Source of the DNA: Promethearchaeota archaeon
GTDB taxonomy: Archaea > Asgardarchaeota > Lokiarchaeia > Sigyniarchaeales > SOKP01
Length of the DNA: 58,356 nucleotides
Assembly: GCA_011364975.1 (NCBI GenBank)
Contig: RDOE01000013.1
Coordinates: forward strand, 1-58,356
Reading direction: 5' to 3'
How positions within the stretch are numbered: the stretch's first letter is position 1; the number at the start of each line of letters is the position of its first letter. Shown here piece after piece: positions 10,249 to 19,829 of this stretch. Under the pieces are notes generated by a model. The model was not told where the DNA came from, ran no database searches, and saw only the letters and a list, made by a program, of their open reading frames with translations. Made by a program: the position numbers and the translations under genes.

Positions 10249-10806
10249 ATGAGTAAAGTTTTAATCTTATATGGGACGAGGTATGGTGCGACAAAAGAAA
10301 TTTCAGATGAAATCGAAAAGGTTATTAAAGATAATGGAATAACCACTGAAAGTTATGACTTGAAAGAAGTTAATTCGAAAAATATTCCACCATTAGACCA
10401 ATATGATGGAATATTAATCGGCACAGGAATTAAAATGGGTATGTGGACAAAGAAAGTAAAAAGTTTTGTTCAAAAGAGAAAGGCTGAACTAAAAAAAATG
10501 CAGGCATCATTGGGTTTCTATGTTTGCTGCGGAGAAGCAAAAAATGACGTTAGTAAAGCTATAGAAAAATATATAACTCCGAAATTAGAGAAAGTGGGAA
10601 TCCAGTCTACATTAATCAACGCCTTCGGTGGAGCATACGATTTAAGGGATGGATCTCTTGTAACAGGAATGACCCGAAAAATTGTGATCGGAATTATGAA
10701 AGAGGAGGAAGGAATCGAGAATCCTGAAGGGAAATTGTATGATTACCGAGATTGGGAAAAAATCAGAGATTTTGCAAATCAATTTGTCGAAGGGTTGAAG
10801 AAATAA
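10249..10806 (+). CDS. flavodoxin-domain protein (HemG-like)
   Basis: LILYGTRYGATKEIS, YDGILIGTGI, FGG, C-terminal DYRDWEKIRDFA. Confidence 0.82.
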   Translation: MSKVLILYGTRYGATKEISDEIEKVIKDNGITTESYDLKEVNSKNIPPLDQYDGILIGTGIKMGMWTKKVKSFVQKRKAELKKMQASLGFYVCCGEAKNDVSKAIEKYITPKLEKVGIQSTLINAFGGAYDLRDGSLVTGMTRKIVIGIMKEEEGIENPEGKLYDYRDWEKIRDFANQFVEGLKK

Positions 10807-10952
10807 TCATAAAAAGGATAAATTTTATGATTTTTTGGGAAAAAAAACGAACGGACTAAAATCACATATAATATAAACTATACCTATAAGAATTTGAAAA
10901 TATTTTTTAACACATACACATTAATTAAAAAAAACAACCTCAAGGATTAATC

Positions 10953-11246
10953 ATGAGTAATGAAGAAAAGAAAAAAGAAGAGAAACTATTGGATAAATTA
11001 AATAATGCCTTTGTTGATTTCGTAGGTAATGCATTCGGTGAATCAGGTCGCGATTTCATCGAAGATACATCTGAAAAGATTAAAGAGTTTTCGTCTTCCT
11101 CAATTAAACAATTCATGGGATTTGCAGATAATGTTCTTGAAAACCTCAAATTAAATGAAAATGAGCAGGTTATGAAAGCTCGAGACAGTGTGGAAGATCT
11201 TCTCAAACAAATGGGCTTACTCGAGGAAGATGAAGAGGATTTCTAA
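10953..11246 (+). CDS. small acidic helical hypothetical protein
   Basis: 97-aa ORF with typical codon use and an acidic tail EEDEEDF. Confidence 0.7.
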   Translation: MSNEEKKKEEKLLDKLNNAFVDFVGNAFGESGRDFIEDTSEKIKEFSSSSIKQFMGFADNVLENLKLNENEQVMKARDSVEDLLKQMGLLEEDEEDF

Positions 11247-11324
11247 TTAAAAATTACTTAATTAATTTTTTTACTATTATTTTTCTTACCTTTTATATAT
11301 TAGAAAGAAAACTAAAATAGAAGA

Positions 11325-11567
11325 TTAAAATGCATTTTTGCTTTTTAAAAAGGATTTGATTTCTTCTGTTGTGGCATTGAATAATTCAGAAATAACTGTT
11401 AATGATATATCTTCATCCATTCCTAATTTTCGATAATCTTCATATAATTTTATCCAGGTTTCTTTAGCACTGTACTTATCAGGATGTTTCTTCTGGACGT
11501 GTTCCCAGTAAGGATGCTGCAACTCTATTCCACAATAAGGACAGAATCGAGATTCTTCTTCAGACAT
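11325..11567 (-). CDS. small C2H2-type zinc finger protein
   Basis: CPYC-x8-HVQKKH followed by a helical C-terminus; likely start ATG11567 (MSEEESRF). Confidence 0.7.
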   Translation of the reverse strand: MSEEESRFCPYCGIELQHPYWEHVQKKHPDKYSAKETWIKLYEDYRKLGMDEDISLTVISELFNATTEEIKSFLKSKNAF

Positions 11568-11672
11568 TGTGTGACCACTTTTATTTAGTATAAAACTTTT
11601 ATTCAATAATTTTAATAAAATACTATTTGTTTAAAAAATTATGAATTTCTAAAATATAAATGAATTTTTATT

Positions 11673-13184
11673 ATGGATAAGAATGATTTTAGAGTTTTGG
11701 CTTTTGATATTGGGGCGAGTTCTGGAAGAGCTATAGTTGGGACATTTGTTGATAATCAATTAAAATTAGATGAATTGTATCGCTTTCCAAATGAAGGTGT
11801 TCGTATTTTTGATTCCTTTTATTGGGACATATTAAAAATATTTCAAGAGATCAAGAAATCTCTTTCTTTATATGTTAATACCTATGGCAGTCAGCTTGAT
11901 AGCATAGGGATTGATACATGGGGAGTTGATTTTGTCCTATTGGATGAGAACGACGAAATAATTGGTCCAGTATATCACTATAGAGATAAAAGAACCGAAG
12001 GTATTATGGAGCATCTTTTAAAAAAAGTTCCGAAAGAAGTCATTTTTGAACAAACTGGAATTCAATTCATGCCTATTAATAGTTCGATTCAATTATATTC
12101 AATAGTTTTAAATAATCCCGAAAAACTAAACTTAGTAAAATCATTTTTAATGATTCCAGATTACCTTAATTTTTTGTTGACAAAAGTTAAAGCATCTGAA
12201 TATTCGATTGCAACAACATCTCAATTATTTAATCCTATAAAAAAGAGTTGGGCATATGAAATTATTCAGAAAATGAATCTTAACCCTACTTGGTTTCAAA
12301 AAATTGTATTTCCAGGTACGATTATTAAAGAACTATATGAAAGTGTTGCTAATGAGGTCAAATTAGACAAAGATACAAAAGTTACGAATCCTTTATGTCA
12401 TGATACTGGTTCGGCTGTTGCTGCTGTGCCCGTAGATATGAAGAAGTATAAACGAGGTGATTGGGCGTATATCAGTTCTGGTACATGGAGTTTATTGGGT
12501 GTAGAACTTGAAAAACCATTGATTAATAATAAAACTTTGGAATATAATTTCACAAATGAGGGCGGAATAGAAGGTACCATTAGATTATTAAAAAATATAA
12601 GTGGTTTATGGCTTATTCAAGAATGTAGGCGTTTATGGAATCGTGAGGGCGTGAAATTTACCTGGGAAGAGATTGAAGAAAAAGCATTAAACAGTCAACC
12701 GTTTGAATATTTTATAAACACTGATGATCCTGTATTTTTAAATCCTCCTAACATGATCAAAGCTATTCAGGATTATTGCAGAAATAGAGGTCAAGAAGTA
12801 CCCAAAACCATAGGTGAGGTCTCTCGTGCTGTTTTAGAAGGATTAGCTTTTAGATATCGCTTTACTTTTGATAAATTAGAAGAAATTTTAGGGCAAAAAT
12901 CAAAAATCCTATATATTATTGGAGGAGGAAGCCAGAATTCAGCACTGAATCAATTTACAGCTAATATTTTAAATGTTCCTATTAAAACAGGTCCAATAGA
13001 AGCAACAGCAATAGGAAATATTCTTGTTCAAGCTTTAGGTCTCGGAAAAATTGAAAGTGTATCTGAATTAAGGGATATCGTACGTAATTCATTTGAAATT
13101 GGAGAATATTTCCCCAAAGATATAGAAGATTGGAATAATGCATATACTAATTATTTGAAATTTATTCAGAGTAAGTCTTACTAA
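11673..13184 (+). CDS. rhaB: rhamnulokinase (FGGY family)
   Basis: AFDIGASSGRA, GIDTWGVDF, HDTGSAVAAVP, YISSGTWSL, FTNEGG, IGGGSQN, EATAIGN. Confidence 0.85.
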   Translation: MDKNDFRVLAFDIGASSGRAIVGTFVDNQLKLDELYRFPNEGVRIFDSFYWDILKIFQEIKKSLSLYVNTYGSQLDSIGIDTWGVDFVLLDENDEIIGPVYHYRDKRTEGIMEHLLKKVPKEVIFEQTGIQFMPINSSIQLYSIVLNNPEKLNLVKSFLMIPDYLNFLLTKVKASEYSIATTSQLFNPIKKSWAYEIIQKMNLNPTWFQKIVFPGTIIKELYESVANEVKLDKDTKVTNPLCHDTGSAVAAVPVDMKKYKRGDWAYISSGTWSLLGVELEKPLINNKTLEYNFTNEGGIEGTIRLLKNISGLWLIQECRRLWNREGVKFTWEEIEEKALNSQPFEYFINTDDPVFLNPPNMIKAIQDYCRNRGQEVPKTIGEVSRAVLEGLAFRYRFTFDKLEEILGQKSKILYIIGGGSQNSALNQFTANILNVPIKTGPIEATAIGNILVQALGLGKIESVSELRDIVRNSFEIGEYFPKDIEDWNNAYTNYLKFIQSKSY

Positions 13185-13190
13185 ATTATG

Positions 13191-13706
13191 TTACCAATTT
13201 CTTTTTAATTGGTTATTCATTAGTTTATGAACTTCTCCAATTGCCCAAATTACATATCGATAACATGTCTTTGACCAAGTTCTCTCTCTTTGGTATTGCA
13301 TAAATGCATCTGGATCACTAAAATCATAGCCGCATAATTGAGAGCAGATTACTGAACCGAATTTCTTTTCAAATTCAGACGCAAATTTTGCTGCTTTTAA
13401 ATAAGCAATTGGTATTAGATCATCATCCATCCTTTCTTTTCCTCCTAAAATAATACCAATAGCGGCACATCCTCCACAAACAGCCCCACATGCACCCTGC
13501 CACCCCTTTTGAGATTTATAACCCCCAAATCCTCCTGCTAGAGGTATCATAGCATTATTTAATAAGCCATTTTGAATATCTAAGATTTCTAAAACACTTT
13601 TGAGGGTTAATTCAGCACAATTTACTCCTTTTCTCATTTCTGGTAAATCTTTTTCCAGTGTAGATATCTTATCGCTAAATCTCAGATCATAGTTTTTCTC
13701 TACCAT
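13191..13706 (-). CDS. C_GCAxxG_C_C family putative redox protein
   Basis: NCAE, GACGAVCGG, FGSVICSQL, C-terminal KTC. Confidence 0.85.
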   Translation of the reverse strand: MVEKNYDLRFSDKISTLEKDLPEMRKGVNCAELTLKSVLEILDIQNGLLNNAMIPLAGGFGGYKSQKGWQGACGAVCGGCAAIGIILGGKERMDDDLIPIAYLKAAKFASEFEKKFGSVICSQLCGYDFSDPDAFMQYQRERTWSKTCYRYVIWAIGEVHKLMNNQLKRNW

Positions 13707-13725
13707 ATTTTAATACCCAATTTAT

Positions 13726-14235
13726 TTATTTTGATTGAAACCCATCGGTTAAAATAATTTTAGTAGCGATCTTTGCAATAGTCCCTACAAGATTAGAGCA
13801 ATGGGTCATCATTCCTGATTTAAATGCTTCTTTCATTTCATCCGCATTCCATAAATTGAACGTCCGACCCATAAGGTTTTCTTGCACGTCATGACAGCGA
13901 CAAGATCCGTATATTTTCACATAGTTATCATGTAATTTCTTTACTAATGTATAGGACTTCATAGGTTTATACATATCTTCAAAATCCTCTTTTCCACGAC
14001 CATTAAGATATCCAATTACCATAGAAGCTCCCACTAACGCCCCACAAGTTCCATCGCCTGTAAGACCTAATCCATCTGCTAATCCACTCGCCGCCTTAAA
14101 AACATCTTCATTCCAAATACCCAGAGATTCAAATATCGCCGCTATTACTGTTTGAGCGCATCCAGTGCACTTTTGCTCATATTTTTTTCCAAGCTCATAA
14201 GCATTCATTAAAATTTTATCTTTATTCGAATCCAT
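13726..14235 (-). CDS. C_GCAxxG_C_C family putative redox protein
   Basis: GCAQ, GTCGALVGA, YGSCRC, THC; tandem paralog of 13191..13706. Confidence 0.85.
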   Translation of the reverse strand: MDSNKDKILMNAYELGKKYEQKCTGCAQTVIAAIFESLGIWNEDVFKAASGLADGLGLTGDGTCGALVGASMVIGYLNGRGKEDFEDMYKPMKSYTLVKKLHDNYVKIYGSCRCHDVQENLMGRTFNLWNADEMKEAFKSGMMTHCSNLVGTIAKIATKIILTDGFQSK

Positions 14236-14321
14236 TTATAATCACTTTTAGATTAGTGATTTGAATTAATTGTTGTTACTTATATAACTTTAATTAATGG
14301 ACATTAATGTAAATAATCCTA

Positions 14322-14867
14322 CTAAAAAATGGAGTGATGTATTTTTCTTTTAAGAGAAAAAAACCTAAAAAAATAATAACCTAATAAACTCCCAGAACTC
14401 AAACCTATAATTAAAGCTATTATCACAAAAAAGTCTACACTAAATGGTTTGTTTAACGCAATCATAAAATAATCACTTAAGTCACCGCAATTGAAATCGT
14501 TATAATCCCAGACTCCGATAGAATAGTCTGAAGCTTCATTGTAAAATCCAACATCCCATTCATAACTACCATCATTTATTGTCACTAATGAAATAGACTC
14601 AACAAATTCAGATCTTTGAAATAATCCTATTGAAACTTGTTCAATTCCTCCTTTTGAGTCCCATTTTATATTACATTTTTCTCCTATTATTATAATATCA
14701 GAACTAGATGGTTCTAAAACGTTAATATCACCAAATACGTCATCAAAGTCATTTATATAGAGGATAATTTCGTTAGTAAATGTGTTTTGCGTTAGAAAGC
14801 TTAAAATACCTAAATTTACTCCCAAAAACATTATTGGTACCAAAAGAGGGATTACTTTTTTCATCAT
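14322..14867 (-). CDS. membrane-anchored exported protein with Kre9/KNH-like beta domain
   Basis: N-terminal hydrophobic segment, IKW...VSIGL...NDGSYEW pattern, C-terminal TM helix with basic tail. Confidence 0.6.
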   Translation of the reverse strand: MMKKVIPLLVPIMFLGVNLGILSFLTQNTFTNEIILYINDFDDVFGDINVLEPSSSDIIIIGEKCNIKWDSKGGIEQVSIGLFQRSEFVESISLVTINDGSYEWDVGFYNEASDYSIGVWDYNDFNCGDLSDYFMIALNKPFSVDFFVIIALIIGLSSGSLLGYYFFRFFSLKRKIHHSIF

Positions 14868-15004
14868 ATTTAATATTTTTTCTCCTTTATCTATATTTTT
14901 CCTTTCAAATTTACTTTATTTAATTCAGATAAGTTTAAAATTAAATATGAGAAATTTTATTAAGATCATAAATAGTCACTCTGGGATTTTTATCAAGGAT
15001 TACA

Positions 15005-15442
15005 TTGAAAGAACTCTATGAGATCGGAATAGTTTTTAGGGGATTTTTATTAGTTAATTACATTTTCAAACCCATTAAGAAAAAGGAAGGTTCTAGAGAA
15101 GTTAATAAAGACCTTAGAGGAGCATTTATTACTGCAATAAATTCATTTGCGAAAAATGCGTTTAATAATTTGTCGTTAGAATATTTAGAATCAAATAATA
15201 TTTTATTTATCTTTAAAGTTATAGAGATTCAAGCCTGTGATAGCAAAATACCAGAACCATTAATACTTTATGGCTTAACAGATAAATCTAAGAAAGATAC
15301 AGATAAATTCGTAAAAAAGTTCATAGAAAAAATTGAACCAATATTACAATTGTTTAAATCTCGTTATACTAATAAAGATTTTTCAGAATTAAATCAATTT
15401 GAAGAATTTAGTGATGAAATTAAGGATTTTATTTTAATTTAA
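15005..15442 (+). CDS. longin-like small protein
   Basis: YEIGIVFRGFLLV strands, DLRGAFITAINSFA helix and C-terminal F-x2-F-x3-I pattern resemble Asgard longin-like proteins. Confidence 0.6.
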   Translation: MKELYEIGIVFRGFLLVNYIFKPIKKKEGSREVNKDLRGAFITAINSFAKNAFNNLSLEYLESNNILFIFKVIEIQACDSKIPEPLILYGLTDKSKKDTDKFVKKFIEKIEPILQLFKSRYTNKDFSELNQFEEFSDEIKDFILI

Positions 15443-15450
15443 ATGAAGTT

Positions 15451-17130
15451 TTAATAATTACTTAAATACCATCCCTTAGGTTCTGAACGGGAATATACTA
15501 TAATTCCTTCGTCCTTTAAATTTTCGAACAATTTCTCGATTGCTTCTTGATTATAACCTAGAAGTACTATATCATTTACCAATTTAACTTTTGAGGGAAC
15601 AATTTTATTCTTTTCTATATGATGAATGATGATTGTTTTCAAATTCTCCTCAGTACTCGAGATTTTTGGAATTTCATTTTGATTTATTTCAGGAGGGGAT
15701 GTATCCTTTCTCAAGGCGTCAATTAACGCCCCACCTTTCGCTTGGGGAATCTCTTGTTCAATTACTACTGGCTGGAGATGTTTAGGTTTCATTCTCGGTT
15801 GATCTAAAGTCCCACCTAATCCAATTTTATCCTCTGGAAGCGTCCATACCGAATATGATTTTTTTTCAATTTTATCTTCTTTTTCAGATATTAAGCGTAC
15901 AAACTCTTCAACTACTCTATCTTTAAGATAACCTCTCTTTTCTAAATCAGCAGCAATATCCTGAATAATTTTATTATCAATAATGTATTTAAAAATATAT
16001 TCGCGAATATTCGTAGGAATGGTTGTATATTTTAGTTCATCAACGGTAGGTTCTCCTTCCTTTATAGAAGGAGTTTCGATAACTTTGATATTATATGGAA
16101 TATCAAGAGAAGGTTTCTCTCCATATTCAAAATCACAAATACAGCGGATACTACTATCATAACCACCAAAAATAATATTAGGCATCCCTTCTTTTGGGTC
16201 AATCATAGTAGATACTATCTTAATTGAATTTTTAGCAGAAGTTTTCCACTTAAGATCAATTTCTGTAGAATTTAAAGCAGTATTTTGATAAATTCTTAAA
16301 CTTCCGTCTGCACAACCTACAATAATCTCCTTCGCATTATCCCCATCAATATCAATTAACTTTAAAGAAATGGGTCTTCCCTCTTCAATAATAATCGATT
16401 TTAATTCCTCTCCATTGCTATTTAATATCATCAATTTTGAATCATCTGTTCCTAATACTATTTCATGAAACCCATCGTTGGTTACATCACCTATTTCAAT
16501 TGTATTTATTTGGGAATTAAACATTTTCTGCCATACTATATCAGGTTTTTCTTCTTTGAATTGAATCAACTGTAAAGTCCCATTTTTTGTCCCCACCACT
16601 AATCCATAAATAGGATTTTTCTCTTCGGTTAATTTTACATATCCTAAAGTACATGCTGTTACCCAAGAATCATAATAGAATACAAATTTTGGATCAAGTG
16701 AATCAATATTTTCGAAAATTTTTAGAGTTTTATCTTCGCTTCCAAAAATTAGCTCAATATTACCATCTCGAGTAAAATCTCCAGCAGTAACACATAACAC
16801 TTTTCCTTTTGTTTTATAATTCATTATTCCAGCTAACTTATTGATCCCCTTTACGAATTTTACTACTAAGAAATTACCGTCTCCAGCTCCAACTAAGATT
16901 TCATCACATCCATCTCCAGTAATATCCACAGGAAAAGTAGCCCTTACCCAACCGTCAAAGGTAATAGTATCAAGAATATTTAATTCTTGATTCATTAAAT
17001 ATAAGGTTTTATCATGTCCTCCAAAAACTAAAAAAGATTCTCCTCCACATCTCAAAACTGAACATGTTAATATTGCATCTGGGCATTCAAACATCCAATT
17101 AAGACTGAAACGCTTTTTTAATGTTGACAT
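15451..17130 (-). CDS. FG-GAP-type beta-propeller protein with C-terminal winged-helix-like domain
   Basis: Repeats DITGDGCDEILVGAGDG, DFTRDGNIELIFGSED, DVTNDGFHEIVLGTDD, DIDGDNAKEIIVGCADG; no signal peptide; ends LKDEGIIVYSRSEPKGWY. Confidence 0.75.
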   Translation of the reverse strand: MSTLKKRFSLNWMFECPDAILTCSVLRCGGESFLVFGGHDKTLYLMNQELNILDTITFDGWVRATFPVDITGDGCDEILVGAGDGNFLVVKFVKGINKLAGIMNYKTKGKVLCVTAGDFTRDGNIELIFGSEDKTLKIFENIDSLDPKFVFYYDSWVTACTLGYVKLTEEKNPIYGLVVGTKNGTLQLIQFKEEKPDIVWQKMFNSQINTIEIGDVTNDGFHEIVLGTDDSKLMILNSNGEELKSIIIEEGRPISLKLIDIDGDNAKEIIVGCADGSLRIYQNTALNSTEIDLKWKTSAKNSIKIVSTMIDPKEGMPNIIFGGYDSSIRCICDFEYGEKPSLDIPYNIKVIETPSIKEGEPTVDELKYTTIPTNIREYIFKYIIDNKIIQDIAADLEKRGYLKDRVVEEFVRLISEKEDKIEKKSYSVWTLPEDKIGLGGTLDQPRMKPKHLQPVVIEQEIPQAKGGALIDALRKDTSPPEINQNEIPKISSTEENLKTIIIHHIEKNKIVPSKVKLVNDIVLLGYNQEAIEKLFENLKDEGIIVYSRSEPKGWYLSNY

Positions 17131-17272
17131 GATGAATATCGATTAATTTTGAAGTATATCAATAATATTATTATTAATTATACTAAATTTCTTTTAATTT
17201 TAAATATAGAGATATTTCAAAACTTATTTAATAATTTTGAAAAATTAAAAATAGTAAAAAAAAATTTTTTGA

Positions 17273-19432
17273 TTAAAATCCTGCTTGAGCATCACTTGGG
17301 CTATATTCTCCTGTACCGTGAATTTCATAAGAAATTTCGAGCTTTTCTTCAGCCTCAAGTTTGTCAACAGTCCATTTAAGAGTATCAGATCCGACTTCAT
17401 CCGTAATTTGAGGCTTTTTGGAATATTCGCCATATTCGAAATCATCTGGTACACGATCTAAGAGTATGAGTTTTTGAAGCGGGGCTGTTCCGATGTTTTC
17501 AACTGTCAATACAATTCTGTAATTGCCCAAATCTCCAATAGGTACCACTTCTTTTCCAATTCTGAATTTTCTTCTTAAATGAAGTGCTTCTATTACTGGA
17601 ACTTCTGGTTTAAATTCTAATTCTTGAGATACAGGAAAAGTATTTGCAAGGTAGATAATTTCGGACTCGAATTTTGCATCTTGAATTGGATTAATACTGT
17701 GAATTGGATATTGGAATTTTATTGTGGATTCGGGTTTAAACATACCATTGCTTGAATTTTTAAGATCTCTTAATGATATCTTAAACACACTGCCATCAAA
17801 ACTTACAGCATTTGAAGATAATTCTATTTCTTCTTTATCCCAGAATAATTTTACTTCATCTGATTTAGGGGGTTGAAATTCTTTATTGAAATATTGCTGC
17901 CTCACCACTATAGAATCTAAGGGTGCTGAACCATTATTAACCATTTTCAAGGTAGCAATAACATCTTGTTTTTTATAAGTAGGTACTTGGTCAATATCAT
18001 ATCCCATCTCTCCAGTTATACTTGCTATTTCAAGGATAACATCGGCAATGCCAATAGTGCCATTGACTAAAGTTTGAAAATCAGGCATTACTCGAAATTC
18101 AAGCTTCTTTCTAAAGGCAGGGTATTCTTCAGATTCAAATTTCCACTTATTAGAGTGCCATTGAGCACCAGCAGGTAATAATGGAACGTCTCGAGGATCA
18201 ATATCAACATATTTTTTAGCCTCATCTTCAGGTGAGTAGACATCTGCGTTAAATAACTGAATTATAAACTCTGAGGGATTCTCAAAAACGAGTTTACAAT
18301 CCCACACGCCAGGTTCTTCATCTCTTTCAACAGTGTCAATGTAAAACTTATTTCTAGTATATGCATCATATTTATCAATGGCTAACCCCTCAGCAAATGA
18401 GGAAACTGCGTTGAAGGTGACTTCTATTTTTCCAGTCCTTCTCTTGGTGATATCAGTAACATAAATCTTACAGGTGAATTTCAATATTACGGTTCTTTCT
18501 GGTTCTAATTTTTCAATATTCCATACAATTTTTTTTCCTTCGATTTCGGCTCGCCCAATAGAAGTTTCTTTAACAGTTGGATCTGAAAAATCATCAGGTA
18601 TATTTTTTACTATTTTAACCTTTGATATGGGTTTTTCAAAGAGACTTCTCAATGCAATCGCAAAAGTAACAACATTTTCCTTATCAATTGAAATTCCGAA
18701 TGCTTCTAATGAATAATCTTCTGAAGATGTACCTCCATCTAACATTGAGTCATCTTCATCCTCATCCTCCTCTTCTTCTTCTTCGTCTACTTTTGGTTCA
18801 ACTTTCTTTTCTTTGACAACATTTCCAGCTTTAACTTTCTTATCTTTTGCTGTTAATAAATCATTTTCAATATCGCGGATGTTTAAAACGCGATCTGCTT
18901 CTGCTAATGTATTTACATACTCTTTAACTAAAAGGAGATTCTTTACTTCTTTTGTTAATAAGAAATCCTCAGAGTATGTGTTTGTTTCGTCATCGATTCC
19001 TAATTCCCTGATTTTGATTTCATTTGATTTAAGATTAGTACTTTCGATGTTTTTTAATGATAAATCAATATCCCATAATCGATCTTTTTTACTGGGGTTT
19101 TCTACACTAAATTTTCCCTTGAAGTTTATGGAATTAATATTAGCGTCATGATCTAATTCCACATCGACATGTTCATCAAATTTGACTAATCCTAATAAAC
19201 CTTCTCTATTACTATCTTTTAGAAGGATTGATCCCTCTAATTCACCAGTATCTGCATCATATGTTTCAATGACAGGAGTGCTTAAATCTCGATCTACTAA
19301 AGTAACCTTTCCTTCATCTAAATCTGATCGTTTTAAACCCTCAGCAACTCGTTTTTCCTTAGCTTCTTCACGACCCCATCCCATTCGTGGTTCTTCTGGT
19401 TTCCTTTTATCTTTATCTTTTTTACGTGCCAA
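17273..19432 (-). CDS. cytosolic multi-Ig-like (DUF11-like) beta-sandwich protein
   Basis: Repeated units such as VENIGTAPLQKLILLDRVPDDFEY...LKWTVDKLEAEEKLEISY and IVWNIEKLEPERTVILKF; charged N-terminus without signal peptide; acidic insert. Confidence 0.7.
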   Translation of the reverse strand: MARKKDKDKRKPEEPRMGWGREEAKEKRVAEGLKRSDLDEGKVTLVDRDLSTPVIETYDADTGELEGSILLKDSNREGLLGLVKFDEHVDVELDHDANINSINFKGKFSVENPSKKDRLWDIDLSLKNIESTNLKSNEIKIRELGIDDETNTYSEDFLLTKEVKNLLLVKEYVNTLAEADRVLNIRDIENDLLTAKDKKVKAGNVVKEKKVEPKVDEEEEEEDEDEDDSMLDGGTSSEDYSLEAFGISIDKENVVTFAIALRSLFEKPISKVKIVKNIPDDFSDPTVKETSIGRAEIEGKKIVWNIEKLEPERTVILKFTCKIYVTDITKRRTGKIEVTFNAVSSFAEGLAIDKYDAYTRNKFYIDTVERDEEPGVWDCKLVFENPSEFIIQLFNADVYSPEDEAKKYVDIDPRDVPLLPAGAQWHSNKWKFESEEYPAFRKKLEFRVMPDFQTLVNGTIGIADVILEIASITGEMGYDIDQVPTYKKQDVIATLKMVNNGSAPLDSIVVRQQYFNKEFQPPKSDEVKLFWDKEEIELSSNAVSFDGSVFKISLRDLKNSSNGMFKPESTIKFQYPIHSINPIQDAKFESEIIYLANTFPVSQELEFKPEVPVIEALHLRRKFRIGKEVVPIGDLGNYRIVLTVENIGTAPLQKLILLDRVPDDFEYGEYSKKPQITDEVGSDTLKWTVDKLEAEEKLEISYEIHGTGEYSPSDAQAGF

Positions 19433-19598
19433 TTTGGAATACCTTTTTTACACTTTTGTAATTCTAATAAATTTATTTATGGATTGATAAACAAATGTTA
19501 GTAAAATAAATATACTCACGATAGTTAAAAAAGATTTTTTAACTAAAATATTATAAAAATTAAGTATAAAAAAATTTTATTTTGCTGTTCAGAGGGTA

Positions 19599-19796
19599 TT
19601 AAATTAATTTATCTGGTTTATTATTTATTATATTCTGGTTTAAATCCGTCGGTTTAAACATAAATCCACACATTGGACATTTTAATGCCTTTTTGCTTAT
19701 TAATAATGCTGGTTTAAAGGAAAATCCACAAACAGGGCAGGTAACTATTAAGTGCTCAGAATTCTTTTTGTTGGAATTCATAACTTTAGTCAACAT
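19599..19796 (-). CDS. small zinc-ribbon protein
   Basis: CPVC...CPMC. Confidence 0.65.
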   Translation of the reverse strand: MLTKVMNSNKKNSEHLIVTCPVCGFSFKPALLISKKALKCPMCGFMFKPTDLNQNIINNKPDKLI

Positions 19797-19829
19797 TATT
19801 GTAGATTTAAATTTTTTAGTGAAAAAGCT

